A DNA stretch of 64,000 nt from an uncultured Verrucomicrobiae bacterium (lineage in GTDB: Bacteria > Verrucomicrobiota > Verrucomicrobiia > Chthoniobacterales > JAFAMB01), in contig CAWIPH010000002.1 in NCBI GenBank assembly GCA_963837955.1, positions 1,024,001-1,088,000 on the forward strand, in the 5' to 3' direction. Positions 1 to 8,918 of this stretch are shown here, piece by piece (the first letter of the stretch is position 1; each line of letters begins with the position of its first letter). The position numbers and the translations under genes are program-made. The notes beneath the pieces are model-generated. The model searched no databases and was not told the origin of the DNA. It saw nothing but the letters and a program-made list of their open reading frames with translations.

Positions 1-312
1 GAGGAACTCGCAAGAGGGCTGGATGAATTGCCGGTCGGACACCGCGTGATGTTGAAACTGACGATCCCGGAAGTTCCGGACTATTATTCTCCTTTGATCG
101 AGCACAGCCGCGTCGCCAGGGTCGTGGCGCTCTCCGGCGGCTATTCCCGGAAAGACGCATGCCGCCGCCTCGCCGCCAATCATGGAATAATCGCGAGTTT
201 TTCGCGGGCATTGGTGGAAGGTCTCCGTTATTCGATGAGCGACACCGAGTTTGATGCCTCGTTATCAAAATCGATCGACGAAATCTACCAGGCTTCGGTT
301 GCCAAGGTTTGA
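1..312 (+). CDS. fda: Fructose-bisphosphate aldolase class I (bacterial type), 5'-truncated by window edge
   Basis: C-terminal motifs VVALSGGYSR, IASFSRAL and SIDEIYQAS; frame is open from base 1. Confidence 0.85.
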   Translation, partial: EELARGLDELPVGHRVMLKLTIPEVPDYYSPLIEHSRVARVVALSGGYSRKDACRRLAANHGIIASFSRALVEGLRYSMSDTEFDASLSKSIDEIYQASVAKV

Positions 313-494
313 ACCGACCTTCCTGCCGGCAAATAAATCTGGTTCCACGCCGCGATTGTGGTCTCCGAGAATTATTTGCCGGTCGTTTCCCTCAACGACT
401 CCGGGTCCGCTATGGGGGCGGGTCCATTCAGTCTTCAAAGCCCAAGGCGAGGTCCCGTACCTTGCCACTAGAACCGGGTCACTCGACGCCCGTT

Positions 495-2510
495 TTATTT
501 CGTCCAAATTGCTGCGAAGCGGTCCTGGCCTCCGACACTATACCCGCTGACTAACTCCAGACGGAAGCCCTGACCCACTAGCTCGTCGAAGGCCGCCTGG
601 TACTGGGCGGAGGTAAGGCCGTGGCGCGCCTGCCAAGCGGGAGCGTTTGCGATTTTGCGGAAGATGGCGGCATAGCGATCTTGCGTGCCGTCACTGTAAC
701 CGCTGGCCACCACAGGTTTATAACCCTGCGCCGTCACTTCGTTAAAGAACGCCTGGTACTGATTAGACGTCAGTCCGTGGCGCGCTTGCCAGGCGGGCGC
801 GTTCTGCAATTTGCGCCAGATGGCAGCGTAACGATCTTGACTACCATCAAAATAGCCGCTGACCCAGTCCAGCGCGAAACCCTGGCCGGTGAACTCGTCG
901 AAAGCGACCTGGTACTGCGCGCCGGTCAAATTGTGGCGGGCCACCCATGGTCCGGTTGGGCCCTGCTGGAAGATACAGGCGAACCGCGGCCCGGCCGGAG
1001 TTGCATACCCGTTGACCAGGACAGGGCTAAAACCTTGACCGGTTAATTCGTTGAACGTTGCCTGGTAATCGTTTCCGGTTAATTGGTGGCGAGCCTGCCA
1101 CGCGGGCGGGGAAGCGGTCTTGACCCACAGGGCAGCAAAGAGCGGGGCGGCGGTCCCGTAACCGCTCACGTCAACCAACTGCATGCCATGATTGCCGACG
1201 TAATCATTGAACGCCTGCTGATATTGCTCCGCCGTCAGGTTGTGGCGGGCGATCCAGCCGCCGATCGGTATCTCTGGCGAGATGTTGTCCAGGTAAATGC
1301 CGGTAACCAAGTCGCGGAAGAACTGGTCGGCGGCGCCGATCGGGGAGTTGGCGAGCACGACCAACTCCATATCGCGCGGCAGGAAATAGGTGAGGCTCTG
1401 CTCCGTCTGCATCGCTCCGGACCGCCAGAGGCCGTTCTTGTTATAAAGCGTGCCAAGCGGCGTCGATTCGATCACGTCAATGCCGAACCCGTCGTCCAGC
1501 ATTGTCTGAGCGGCCGCTGGCGACATGATCGAGCCTTGGCGGCGAAAACAGCCGATCACATCCAGCAATTCCTCGACCGACATATGCCAGCTGGTGCCGC
1601 CGGCGTCAGCCGTGAGATCGCCCGAGTTCCACCCGGCGCCCGGCGGAAACGCGTAACCGAGCGCGTCCGGGTCGGGGTGCGTAAAGGTGGGCCCGCTGAC
1701 GCCCGCCGGCTTCAACAGATGCTGTTCTACGTCGGCGGCATACGCGGACAGAGTAATAAAATCCCAGATATTATCCTGGAAAGGCGGAGGGAAGGTCGTG
1801 TTGGCCGGGATCGTGCCGTTCATGACCGGAATCAGAATACGGCAGATGCTAAAGTTCATGTTCTGGTACGAATAAGCGCCGAGGTTGGCGCTGGTCACCC
1901 CGGTGGCGACCTGCGACTGCATAATTGGAAAAAACGTGTCGGATCCGGTCACACGAAATCCGGACCTGTGCGTCATGAGCTGGGCGAAAGTGATTTTGTC
2001 GATGTTCGGTCCCTTGGCCCAGTAATCCGGCAGGAAGTCTATAATCTTGGTGGAAGCCGGGAGACTGTGCGCCGCGAGCGTCCGCGTCATCGCGATGGCA
2101 GTGATCAACTTGCTGCAGCTGGCGATATGCATGCGGACTGTTTGCATCCAGGACTCCGAACCGTCGGCGGGGCGGTGGGCCAATCCGGATTGCGCCGAGG
2201 CTATCGGCTGCCCGTGCTGGCGGAGCTGCATGACGTAGCCAGCCGTGTTCGCGGCGAGCGCGGCGTTAAGATCTGCGACAAATCCATCGGTGTTAAACGA
2301 GAGCACGACACCGGAAGGCAGGGCGCGGGGAGGGAGCTTGATTCCTTCTTGCAGACCCCGGGAACTGACTACTCCGCGGGTGTGGGCCGGCTCCATAGCA
2401 TGCGCTTTCGCGGCTGCCTGGTTGAAACGGAAGCCGCTGGGCAGCGTGGTAAATTCGGTTGTGGGTTCCTCAGGTCCAAGGGTCACTTTTTCAGTCTTTG
2501 TTGTAGGCAT
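495..2510 (-). CDS. Serine hydrolase (beta-lactamase/class C fold) with five C-terminal tandem repeats resembling polyglycine-hydrolase repeats
   Basis: SxxK (SCSK), LMTHRSG, YxN (YQN) and KNG motifs; five WxARHxLTxxxYQ repeats. Confidence 0.85.
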   Translation of the reverse strand: MPTTKTEKVTLGPEEPTTEFTTLPSGFRFNQAAAKAHAMEPAHTRGVVSSRGLQEGIKLPPRALPSGVVLSFNTDGFVADLNAALAANTAGYVMQLRQHGQPIASAQSGLAHRPADGSESWMQTVRMHIASCSKLITAIAMTRTLAAHSLPASTKIIDFLPDYWAKGPNIDKITFAQLMTHRSGFRVTGSDTFFPIMQSQVATGVTSANLGAYSYQNMNFSICRILIPVMNGTIPANTTFPPPFQDNIWDFITLSAYAADVEQHLLKPAGVSGPTFTHPDPDALGYAFPPGAGWNSGDLTADAGGTSWHMSVEELLDVIGCFRRQGSIMSPAAAQTMLDDGFGIDVIESTPLGTLYNKNGLWRSGAMQTEQSLTYFLPRDMELVVLANSPIGAADQFFRDLVTGIYLDNISPEIPIGGWIARHNLTAEQYQQAFNDYVGNHGMQLVDVSGYGTAAPLFAALWVKTASPPAWQARHQLTGNDYQATFNELTGQGFSPVLVNGYATPAGPRFACIFQQGPTGPWVARHNLTGAQYQVAFDEFTGQGFALDWVSGYFDGSQDRYAAIWRKLQNAPAWQARHGLTSNQYQAFFNEVTAQGYKPVVASGYSDGTQDRYAAIFRKIANAPAWQARHGLTSAQYQAAFDELVGQGFRLELVSGYSVGGQDRFAAIWTK

Positions 2511-3019
2511 TTCGTCCTCCTCTTATTAGCAAAGTTGCGCCTTTCTTTCATTTTGCCTCCTCAGCGAGTCAGAGTTCGTAATCATCGCATAAATCGGATT
2601 CCATCGTCCCGCCCGTCCGGATCACGATGGTAACCCGATCGGTAAAAGGTGCGATTTCAACTTCAGTATCGCCGCGCGCGTGAATACACAATACGCGCAA
2701 TTACGTATTGACTTAGATCGAATACAGTCCCCACACGTTTAAGAGACCGGTTATAATATTATAGTTCAGGGGAAGAGTATGGGGAGGACCCGCTGGGACG
2801 GCTGGGTCGATCCGGTTATTTCGGCTTCAAAAAGGCTCACGTCATTGGCTAGACGTCCCGGTACCCAGACGATTGGTAGATTAGATCTGCATTTTAAGCG
2901 GGTCGCCGTCCTACATCCCCTCGCCCAAGTGTTAGTAGCACAAAGTCCGCAAGACAGGTTCAAAAACAACTTTGGGTTGCATTCCCTTAGATGATTCATT
3001 AGGCGAATTACTTATTGTT

Positions 3020-3376
3020 ATGCCAACGATTCCTCAGTCTATCCAGAATTTCTTCAACGATCACCGAGCGCGATTGGCAGCGGTCTCTGCTGCCCCTGGC
3101 GTGGTTGGTTTAAGTCTCGATCTTGATCAAATCAGTGCGACCTACCTTTCAAAAGAGATTCAAATACTGGTTCGACCGAAGTACCTCGCAGATTGTAACG
3201 CGGGCACGACTCCGGAGGACAAAATTTCAAGACTGGCTTCCTCCGTTTCGCGTTTAGCGAAACAAGTGAGGCCGCTTGCTCCGAATGATGCTTTCTACGG
3301 CGCGTTTACGACCGGTAGTGTAGCAGCGGCCCAGGATGTGTTTCTCTCGATTTTCGGGCTACCTATGCCGAGCTAA
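3020..3376 (+). CDS. Hypothetical protein (118 aa)
   Basis: ATG at 3020; protein-like composition; no recognised motif. Confidence 0.5.
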   Translation: MPTIPQSIQNFFNDHRARLAAVSAAPGVVGLSLDLDQISATYLSKEIQILVRPKYLADCNAGTTPEDKISRLASSVSRLAKQVRPLAPNDAFYGAFTTGSVAAAQDVFLSIFGLPMPS

Positions 3377-3588
3377 ACAAATCCGTTGCGACGGGCGGAT
3401 TCAATCTCAGCCGCATCAGCTCATCTTTGATCATCGCAGCATCTATTATTCTTTGTATTCTGTTTACGCGGCAGCGAGCGGGCGATCACCCGGGAAGACC
3501 TGAACAGAGCTAGTAACTGTCCCACCGATTTACCTTGTCAGTATGCTCAGTCAGAACCTGAAGGCTTAGACGCATGCCCAGAGCATTC

Positions 3589-3819
3589 GTCCCGGAGGGA
3601 CTCAATGAAAGTAGCCCAGTACGAAGTGCTGGGGTGGTGTTCAAAAAAAAGCGACCCGTCCCGGACGGGACGATCGAGGGGCTGCTTACGCTGGTGAAGT
3701 CGCATACGAGAACCAGGAGTCAAAACATTTCTATCGTCCCTCTGGCGGGACGGACGTCTCTTTCTGCACTATTTCCCAGCACTTCGTACTGGGCTACTTT
3801 CATTGAGTCCCTCCGGGAC
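3589..3819. mobile_element. Non-autonomous palindromic element (MITE/REPIN-like, family D), copy 1
   Basis: Perfect 45-bp terminal inverted repeats (3589-3633 / 3775-3819); internal GTCCC..GGGAC hairpins; second copy at 43505-43733. Confidence 0.85.
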
Positions 3820-4228
3820 CACTCCTCTCGGCGCATATCCTACCTCTTGTGTTGACGTACATGGGCCGTTAGTCGGACCCGGACAAGGGCGAAAGCTGGG
3901 GCGGTATCCGCCGTCGCTGCAGCCATATCGGAAAAAAGATCATAGTAGCTACAGCTATGGCGGGACAAGTCAGCTGCGCCGGCTTGAGCCGTCCGGGATT
4001 CCAGCCCCACGCTGCTATGACGGCGAGACGTTAAGATTAGCTAACCCCAAATTTCCGTAAAGCGCCGTTCGCGAAAGATAGGGATCCGTGTGCGCGGATG
4101 CTCGGGCCGAAGATTTGGAAAGTTGCACGAAACTTAAAAAACGCGGTTCGTTTTTCCAAGCTAATCGCACAACTAGGACTATACAGGTCGCGGAATCCGC
4201 CGATCGTTAAAAAAATCCCTCAACCATT

Positions 4229-4690
4229 ATGATCCCCGCTAACACGCGTCAGGAGTTCTTGGAAACCATTCCGATTTTTGCCGGGCTGAATGCTGAAGCG
4301 GTATCTGAAATTGCCCGTGCGGTTGAAGAAGCTGAATTTCGAGAGGGCGATATTATCGTGAGGGAAGGTGAAGCCGGTAACCGTATGTTCATCATTCACT
4401 CCGGTCGAGTCGAGGTGGTGAAACACCTGGCGGAACCGCGCGAGACGGTTCTCGCGGTCTTTGGACCAAAGGATTTCCTGGGTGAGATGTCGATAATTGA
4501 ATGCGTTGCGCGTGCTGCCTCGCTTCGAGCGGTTCAGGATAGCTTCCTCTTTGCGCTCAAAGGTACCGATCTCTACCATCTCTTCCGACACCAGCCTGAT
4601 CAGTATGCGATTGTCATCCTGAACATTGCGCGGGATCTCTCGCGACGGCTTCGCGCGATCGACGAAATGTTTTCGGCGGTTTCGCACTAG
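4229..4690 (+). CDS. Stand-alone cyclic-nucleotide-binding domain protein (Crp/Fnr sensor domain, no HTH)
   Basis: IVREGEAGNRMFIIHSGRVEV, FLGEMSII and RAASLRA motifs. Confidence 0.9.
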   Translation: MIPANTRQEFLETIPIFAGLNAEAVSEIARAVEEAEFREGDIIVREGEAGNRMFIIHSGRVEVVKHLAEPRETVLAVFGPKDFLGEMSIIECVARAASLRAVQDSFLFALKGTDLYHLFRHQPDQYAIVILNIARDLSRRLRAIDEMFSAVSH

Positions 4691-4728
4691 CTGAGATTGA
4701 AGCACAAGGTGTGCATATCGCTCCGCGT

Positions 4729-4801
4729 CGAGTGACCTGATGCTCGGCCTCAGGAATCCAAGGCGCACCCGATCTTCTGAGGCGGAGCATCAGGCTACTC
4801 G
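4729..4801. repeat. REP-like palindrome, family A (GTAGCCTGATGCTCCGCCTCAGG arms)
   Basis: Inverted arms around ATCCAAGGCGC core; same element at 8848-8917 and 48528-48748. Confidence 0.8.
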
Positions 4802-5902
4802 GACATCGGTGCTGGACGGCTGTGTACCGGATCTATTTCGTTGTACCGCCAGCTCCCCGAGCTCTTTTGCTAACCGAACGAGTTCAGCATGATTCTCTAA
4901 GCCATCGATGAATCGCTGCGGAATACCGGAGAGCCCGACCTGAGCGCCGACTAGTGCACCGGTTAGGCATGCCCTGGACATATTCTGACCTCCGCCATTG
5001 ATGGCGTGAAGCACCGCCGATTCAAAATCGTCCCGGTATCGCGCTGAAAGATAGTAAGCCGCCGGAAGCTGATGGTAAATAGCGCAAGGCATTCCGTAAA
5101 CAATGGAGACTTTCCATGCCGGCTCGATCCGAATATCTGGATCAACGGTTGCCTCGACCATGTAAGATGGCGTCAGCAGTGCATCCGGCGAAGAGAATTT
5201 TCCGGCGTTAGGAGGATCTGGCTGTCCTCGGCGGGGAGGAGTCAATCCTTTAGCGGTTACCGTATGAAACGGGAGTTGTCCCTTTTCGACAAGACTCATT
5301 AGCTTGTCCGAAATAGTGGCCTCGAGTTTTTCACCGGAGATCAGGAGAGCGAGCACCGAATTGTAGGCTGTTGTCATCGCAACGATCGCAGGATCGGCTT
5401 GGGTCAGGATGCAGTTTGCCGAAACGGTTTTTGCCATCGTTCCTGGATCTAGCGTATACCGGGCCGCCAGAACCACCGCTCGCTCCGCAGCTTCAGTGGT
5501 ATCGGCGTGGCCACCAGTCTCTTTCCAGCTAAGGCCCCGAGCCCGCCTTCGATAGGCCTCACGTATAGATTGGTTGGTGTAACCGCCGGGACCCTGCATC
5601 GGTGTTCCGTCGAGTTGTTTGAATAATTCATCGAGCCGACGGGTGAAGTCATCTTCGTTGTACCCGCGGTTTTCTACCACTGATTGCAGTAAGAGAACCA
5701 GGATGAGTCCGGTCTGCGATAGTTGACCGGCCTTCATTCCGCTGTGATACCGACCTGGTTTCGGATGGGTATACCCGGAGATCCAATTGCCATAATCTCG
5801 ACGCAACTCCGCCAGGTCATAATACCAGTGCGGACCTAGCCCGAGGGCATCACCTATGAGCGCACCGATGACGGCGCCGGCTGCACGATCTGGAACACTC
5901 AT
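4790..5902 (-). CDS. ADP-ribosylglycohydrolase family protein
   Basis: GALIGDALG N-terminal motif; AINGGGQNMSRACLTGALVGAQVGLSGIP C-terminal motif. Confidence 0.9.
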   Translation of the reverse strand: MSVPDRAAGAVIGALIGDALGLGPHWYYDLAELRRDYGNWISGYTHPKPGRYHSGMKAGQLSQTGLILVLLLQSVVENRGYNEDDFTRRLDELFKQLDGTPMQGPGGYTNQSIREAYRRRARGLSWKETGGHADTTEAAERAVVLAARYTLDPGTMAKTVSANCILTQADPAIVAMTTAYNSVLALLISGEKLEATISDKLMSLVEKGQLPFHTVTAKGLTPPRRGQPDPPNAGKFSSPDALLTPSYMVEATVDPDIRIEPAWKVSIVYGMPCAIYHQLPAAYYLSARYRDDFESAVLHAINGGGQNMSRACLTGALVGAQVGLSGIPQRFIDGLENHAELVRLAKELGELAVQRNRSGTQPSSTDVRVA

Positions 5903-5954
5903 CGTCGCTATGACTAGTGCACCAACTCTGCGGAATTGGAAGCTGCGTTAAAGC

Positions 5955-6491
5955 TCAAGCGGCTGTCGCAAACTGCTTCGATTCGGCTGCGAGCGTCCGC
6001 AGCTGATCCAACGCGCGGGCAAGCCGAACTTCGGTTCCGGTCGAGAGCCACGGCGGTTGGTCGCCGACAAAGACCCAGTTTTTAATGCCAACGTGGACTG
6101 AAGGGATTGCCAGTTGGCCCGCGAGACGTTCGAGGTCAGGTGTGAGCGTTTTTTCCAAGCCCAGCATGTCCCCGACGAATGCCCCGGTTGCCAGGAGCAT
6201 CAATGGTTTGTACTCAAAGGCTCTCTTTGGCAGCATTCGGAGTAAAGGTGTAAGCAATCCTCCCCAGTCATCCTTAGGGACTGGTGTTAACAGAAGAATC
6301 GCTCGCGCATTTCTGACAAGCGCGTCCAAACTTGCCGAACGAGCAACTGTGCTCAGAGGCTCCAGGTCGATCGCGTGCGCCGCTCGGAGTTCGACTTGAG
6401 AAGATTCAAGATGCCGGGCGACCCAGCGCAAAAGAAAAGCGTTTCTGGAAAATTTGTTCGGAATACCCGAAATCGCGAGAAAGTATGACAT
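5955..6491 (-). CDS. Divergent NADPH-dependent FMN reductase (SsuE-like flavodoxin fold)
   Basis: AISGIPNKFSR, ILLLTPV and KPLMLLATG resemble SsuE strands; start set to ATG 6491. Confidence 0.6.
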   Translation of the reverse strand: MSYFLAISGIPNKFSRNAFLLRWVARHLESSQVELRAAHAIDLEPLSTVARSASLDALVRNARAILLLTPVPKDDWGGLLTPLLRMLPKRAFEYKPLMLLATGAFVGDMLGLEKTLTPDLERLAGQLAIPSVHVGIKNWVFVGDQPPWLSTGTEVRLARALDQLRTLAAESKQFATAA

Positions 6492-7205
6492 AACGGTAAA
6501 GGAAAAAGTTGTTGGAAGTAAGGGAACGTGGTGCCGGACCTCGGAACTACGTTGGCGGTCTTTGAGCCGCTCCTGCTCGAGACCTAGCGGCGACAACAAA
6601 GTCCACCCGCGGATACCCGCCCAAAGAGCATTGTCCGATAAGCTGGACCGAGCGGACTAGCTTGCGCCGGAATGGAGATGCTCAAGTTCACGGTGGGCAT
6701 TATCTCTACTAAATCAGTGGAGAATTCAAGAACTTTCTACAGAGATACCGAAAAATGGCAGACCAAGCAAAGGACCCTACGTTGGACCAGCGGCAAGATT
6801 TCGTGGCTAACGACAGGAAGGTAGAAGTGCAGAGTTACCCACTTTGAGACCATTTCATCAATGATGGTGTCGAAGCTGCAGCGATAAACGCCTGAGGATA
6901 GATCAGGGTGTACCCTAGGCACAAAATCTTGCAATCGGACTCCCTAGACCGCGGCAAGCAGTCTCGAGTTTACTCGCATGGATGGTTACCTATGGACTGG
7001 GTGCCAGCCAGAAAAACGGAGAGAGAGTTGGCATCCAGTCCGCGCACCTTGGACCGAAAAGTTGGTAATTTCTCGGTCCGGCGAAGCATCCAACACCGCT
7101 AGAGCTAGATGGTTTTCCTGTCTATGACTCTCCTAAGTGAGTTGTGAGCCGCCTCCTTAAATCTGGCTCACGCCCGTCGCCCCCTGAGGTCCGTATCTCG
7201 CTAAC

Positions 7206-7538
7206 TCATTTTGCGGCGGTTCGCTGCCTTGAAAATGACGATTTACGCGGGTTTTCGTTTCCCTCAAAGGATTGATATAGACGCCAAGCAGCAAATCCAA
7301 AGAGAATGGGAGTAGCCAGCGATAGCAATAGCCGAACTAAGTTCAGAAGGAGACTTCGGATAGCGTAAACTTGGAGTAATCCTCCGATCAAGAATGCGAT
7401 CAAGACAGATTCTCGGGGTGACTTGCGCACCCGTTCTTCTAGTTTGGTCAGGAAGCGGCTGATTGCATCCTCACCGGGTATATCCGAAGCAGTGGCTACA
7501 ACCGGGCCCTTTGTCGCGTGGTGTGATTCAGCGCTCAT
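7206..7538 (-). CDS. Small membrane protein with DUF883-like segment
   Basis: VRKSPRESVLIAFLIG plus hydrophobic helices; ATGA overlap with upstream gene. Confidence 0.65.
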   Translation of the reverse strand: MSAESHHATKGPVVATASDIPGEDAISRFLTKLEERVRKSPRESVLIAFLIGGLLQVYAIRSLLLNLVRLLLSLATPILFGFAAWRLYQSFEGNENPRKSSFSRQRTAAK

Positions 7539-7936
7539 GAAAAAATGTCCCAAAAGCGACGAGGTTTAGTACGGAATTGGGAGATTATTCTTTCCAACGG
7601 TGTCTTCCGCAAGGAACTACCCAGAAATGAGCCGGTGGCGTTCAATCTTTCCCGTAAAGAGGAGGGCAGAGATGAGCTATGCTCCTCGATCCAGTTCTGC
7701 AATTCATGGGCAAACTTTTCTGTTCCGGTACGAGTATCAGCCTGATACTGACGGCCGATCAAGTATCCCACGGCGATTAGTGCAGCTGAGCCTCCGATTA
7801 CCAAAGGCACCCATGAACTGGCGGAAGGACGATAGTTTAGGATGTTTTTGCGGGTGTGCTCCAATGATTCCCCTGCATGGCGGGAACCATCTTGGGCCTC
7901 CGCTTCGAGCTGATTCTTCGATATTGGGTCCTGCAT
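7535..7936 (-). CDS. Hypothetical protein with one transmembrane helix
   Basis: ATG start; hydrophobic WVPLVIGGSAALIAVGYLIG; translationally coupled to 7206-7538. Confidence 0.65.
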   Translation of the reverse strand: MQDPISKNQLEAEAQDGSRHAGESLEHTRKNILNYRPSASSWVPLVIGGSAALIAVGYLIGRQYQADTRTGTEKFAHELQNWIEEHSSSLPSSLRERLNATGSFLGSSLRKTPLERIISQFRTKPRRFWDIFS

Positions 7937-8144
7937 AAGTTGGTTAGACTACGATAAGGGCAAAGCGCTACTTTTAAAGCAGATCATCAAATCTATCCGG
8001 TATTGTTCGTAACGTCGTTAGCGGGCGGTTCTGTGAAAGCCGGATTCGTTTTGGTGCTTAAAGGAGGATTTTTTGCGCTCTTCTCTGATCTGGAAAGAGC
8101 GGAACCCCCGATAAGGCTACTCAGGATATTCTGAGTGCTGGATC

Positions 8145-8795
8145 ATGGTGGCGCCCGATTTCCAGGGAGCCGCGCTGAGTTACGCTTATCGGGTGAAATT
8201 AAATGCAGAACATTCGTGGAAGAAATCGACAGAGACAGCAACGGACGCAGAGTTAATGGCAGCCCTGCTTCGCAGAGATTCGCATGCTATGGAAGTGATT
8301 TACGGGCGCTACGAATCGACGCTTCGAGCCGTGATTCTCAGTGTTTTACACGAAGAGGGCGAAACCGATGACGTGCTTCACGACGTTTTTATCCAACTCT
8401 GGAATCGCGCTGATCGTTTTATCGCTGAAAAAGGATTGCACGGATTTCTGGTGACATTGGCCAGGAGACGGGCACTCGATCGTCTGCGTCGCAGGTTGGC
8501 CTACCGGAGAGCCACCGACCGCTTGGAGTTTCAAATGAAAGCGGAATTCCAAAACAAGATCGGAAAAGACAGCGTAAAGCCGGCGGTTTTCGATTTGCGC
8601 GAACTACTTTGGCGAATGATTCGTTCGCTACCGGAGCCGCAGCAGGAGGTCGTGCAGTTGACGTTTTTCGAAGGCATGAGTCAGCGCGAAATCGCCGCTC
8701 GGAAGTCTATCGCTCTGGGTACGGTCAAAACCAGATTGCAATTGGCTCAGAAGAAGCTGTTTAACCTGCTCATACCGATCCAAAAAAAGATCTGA
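8145..8795 (+). CDS. ECF RNA polymerase sigma-70 factor (start may lie further downstream)
   Basis: DDVLHDVFIQLW and ARRRALDRLRR (region 2); LPEPQQEVV..GMSQREIA..GTVKTRL (region 4). Confidence 0.92.
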   Translation: MVAPDFQGAALSYAYRVKLNAEHSWKKSTETATDAELMAALLRRDSHAMEVIYGRYESTLRAVILSVLHEEGETDDVLHDVFIQLWNRADRFIAEKGLHGFLVTLARRRALDRLRRRLAYRRATDRLEFQMKAEFQNKIGKDSVKPAVFDLRELLWRMIRSLPEPQQEVVQLTFFEGMSQREIAARKSIALGTVKTRLQLAQKKLFNLLIPIQKKI

Positions 8796-8847
8796 TTGAT
8801 CGCTGATCAACAAGAGGTCGCGAAGACGGATTTTCCAACAGGAGATC

Positions 8848-8917
8848 GTAGCCTGATGCTGCGCCTCTGGAGATTGGCGCGCCTTGGATTCCTGAGGCGG
8901 AGCATCAGCGCTACTCG
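8848..8917. repeat. REP-like palindrome, family A, between convergent genes
   Basis: GTAGCCTGATGCTGCGCCTCTGG ... CCTGAGGCGGAGCATCAGCGCTAC. Confidence 0.8.
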
Positions 8918-8918
8918 C

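Noticed and set aside
1083..2633. 516-aa plus-strand ORF
   Set aside because: Antisense shadow of the GC-rich hydrolase gene; Arg/Gly-rich with no motifs
3574..3855. ORFs 3574-3855 and 43208-43717 sharing FPSTSYWATFI, looking like a protein family
   Set aside because: The similarity comes from the palindromic family D element, not from a gene
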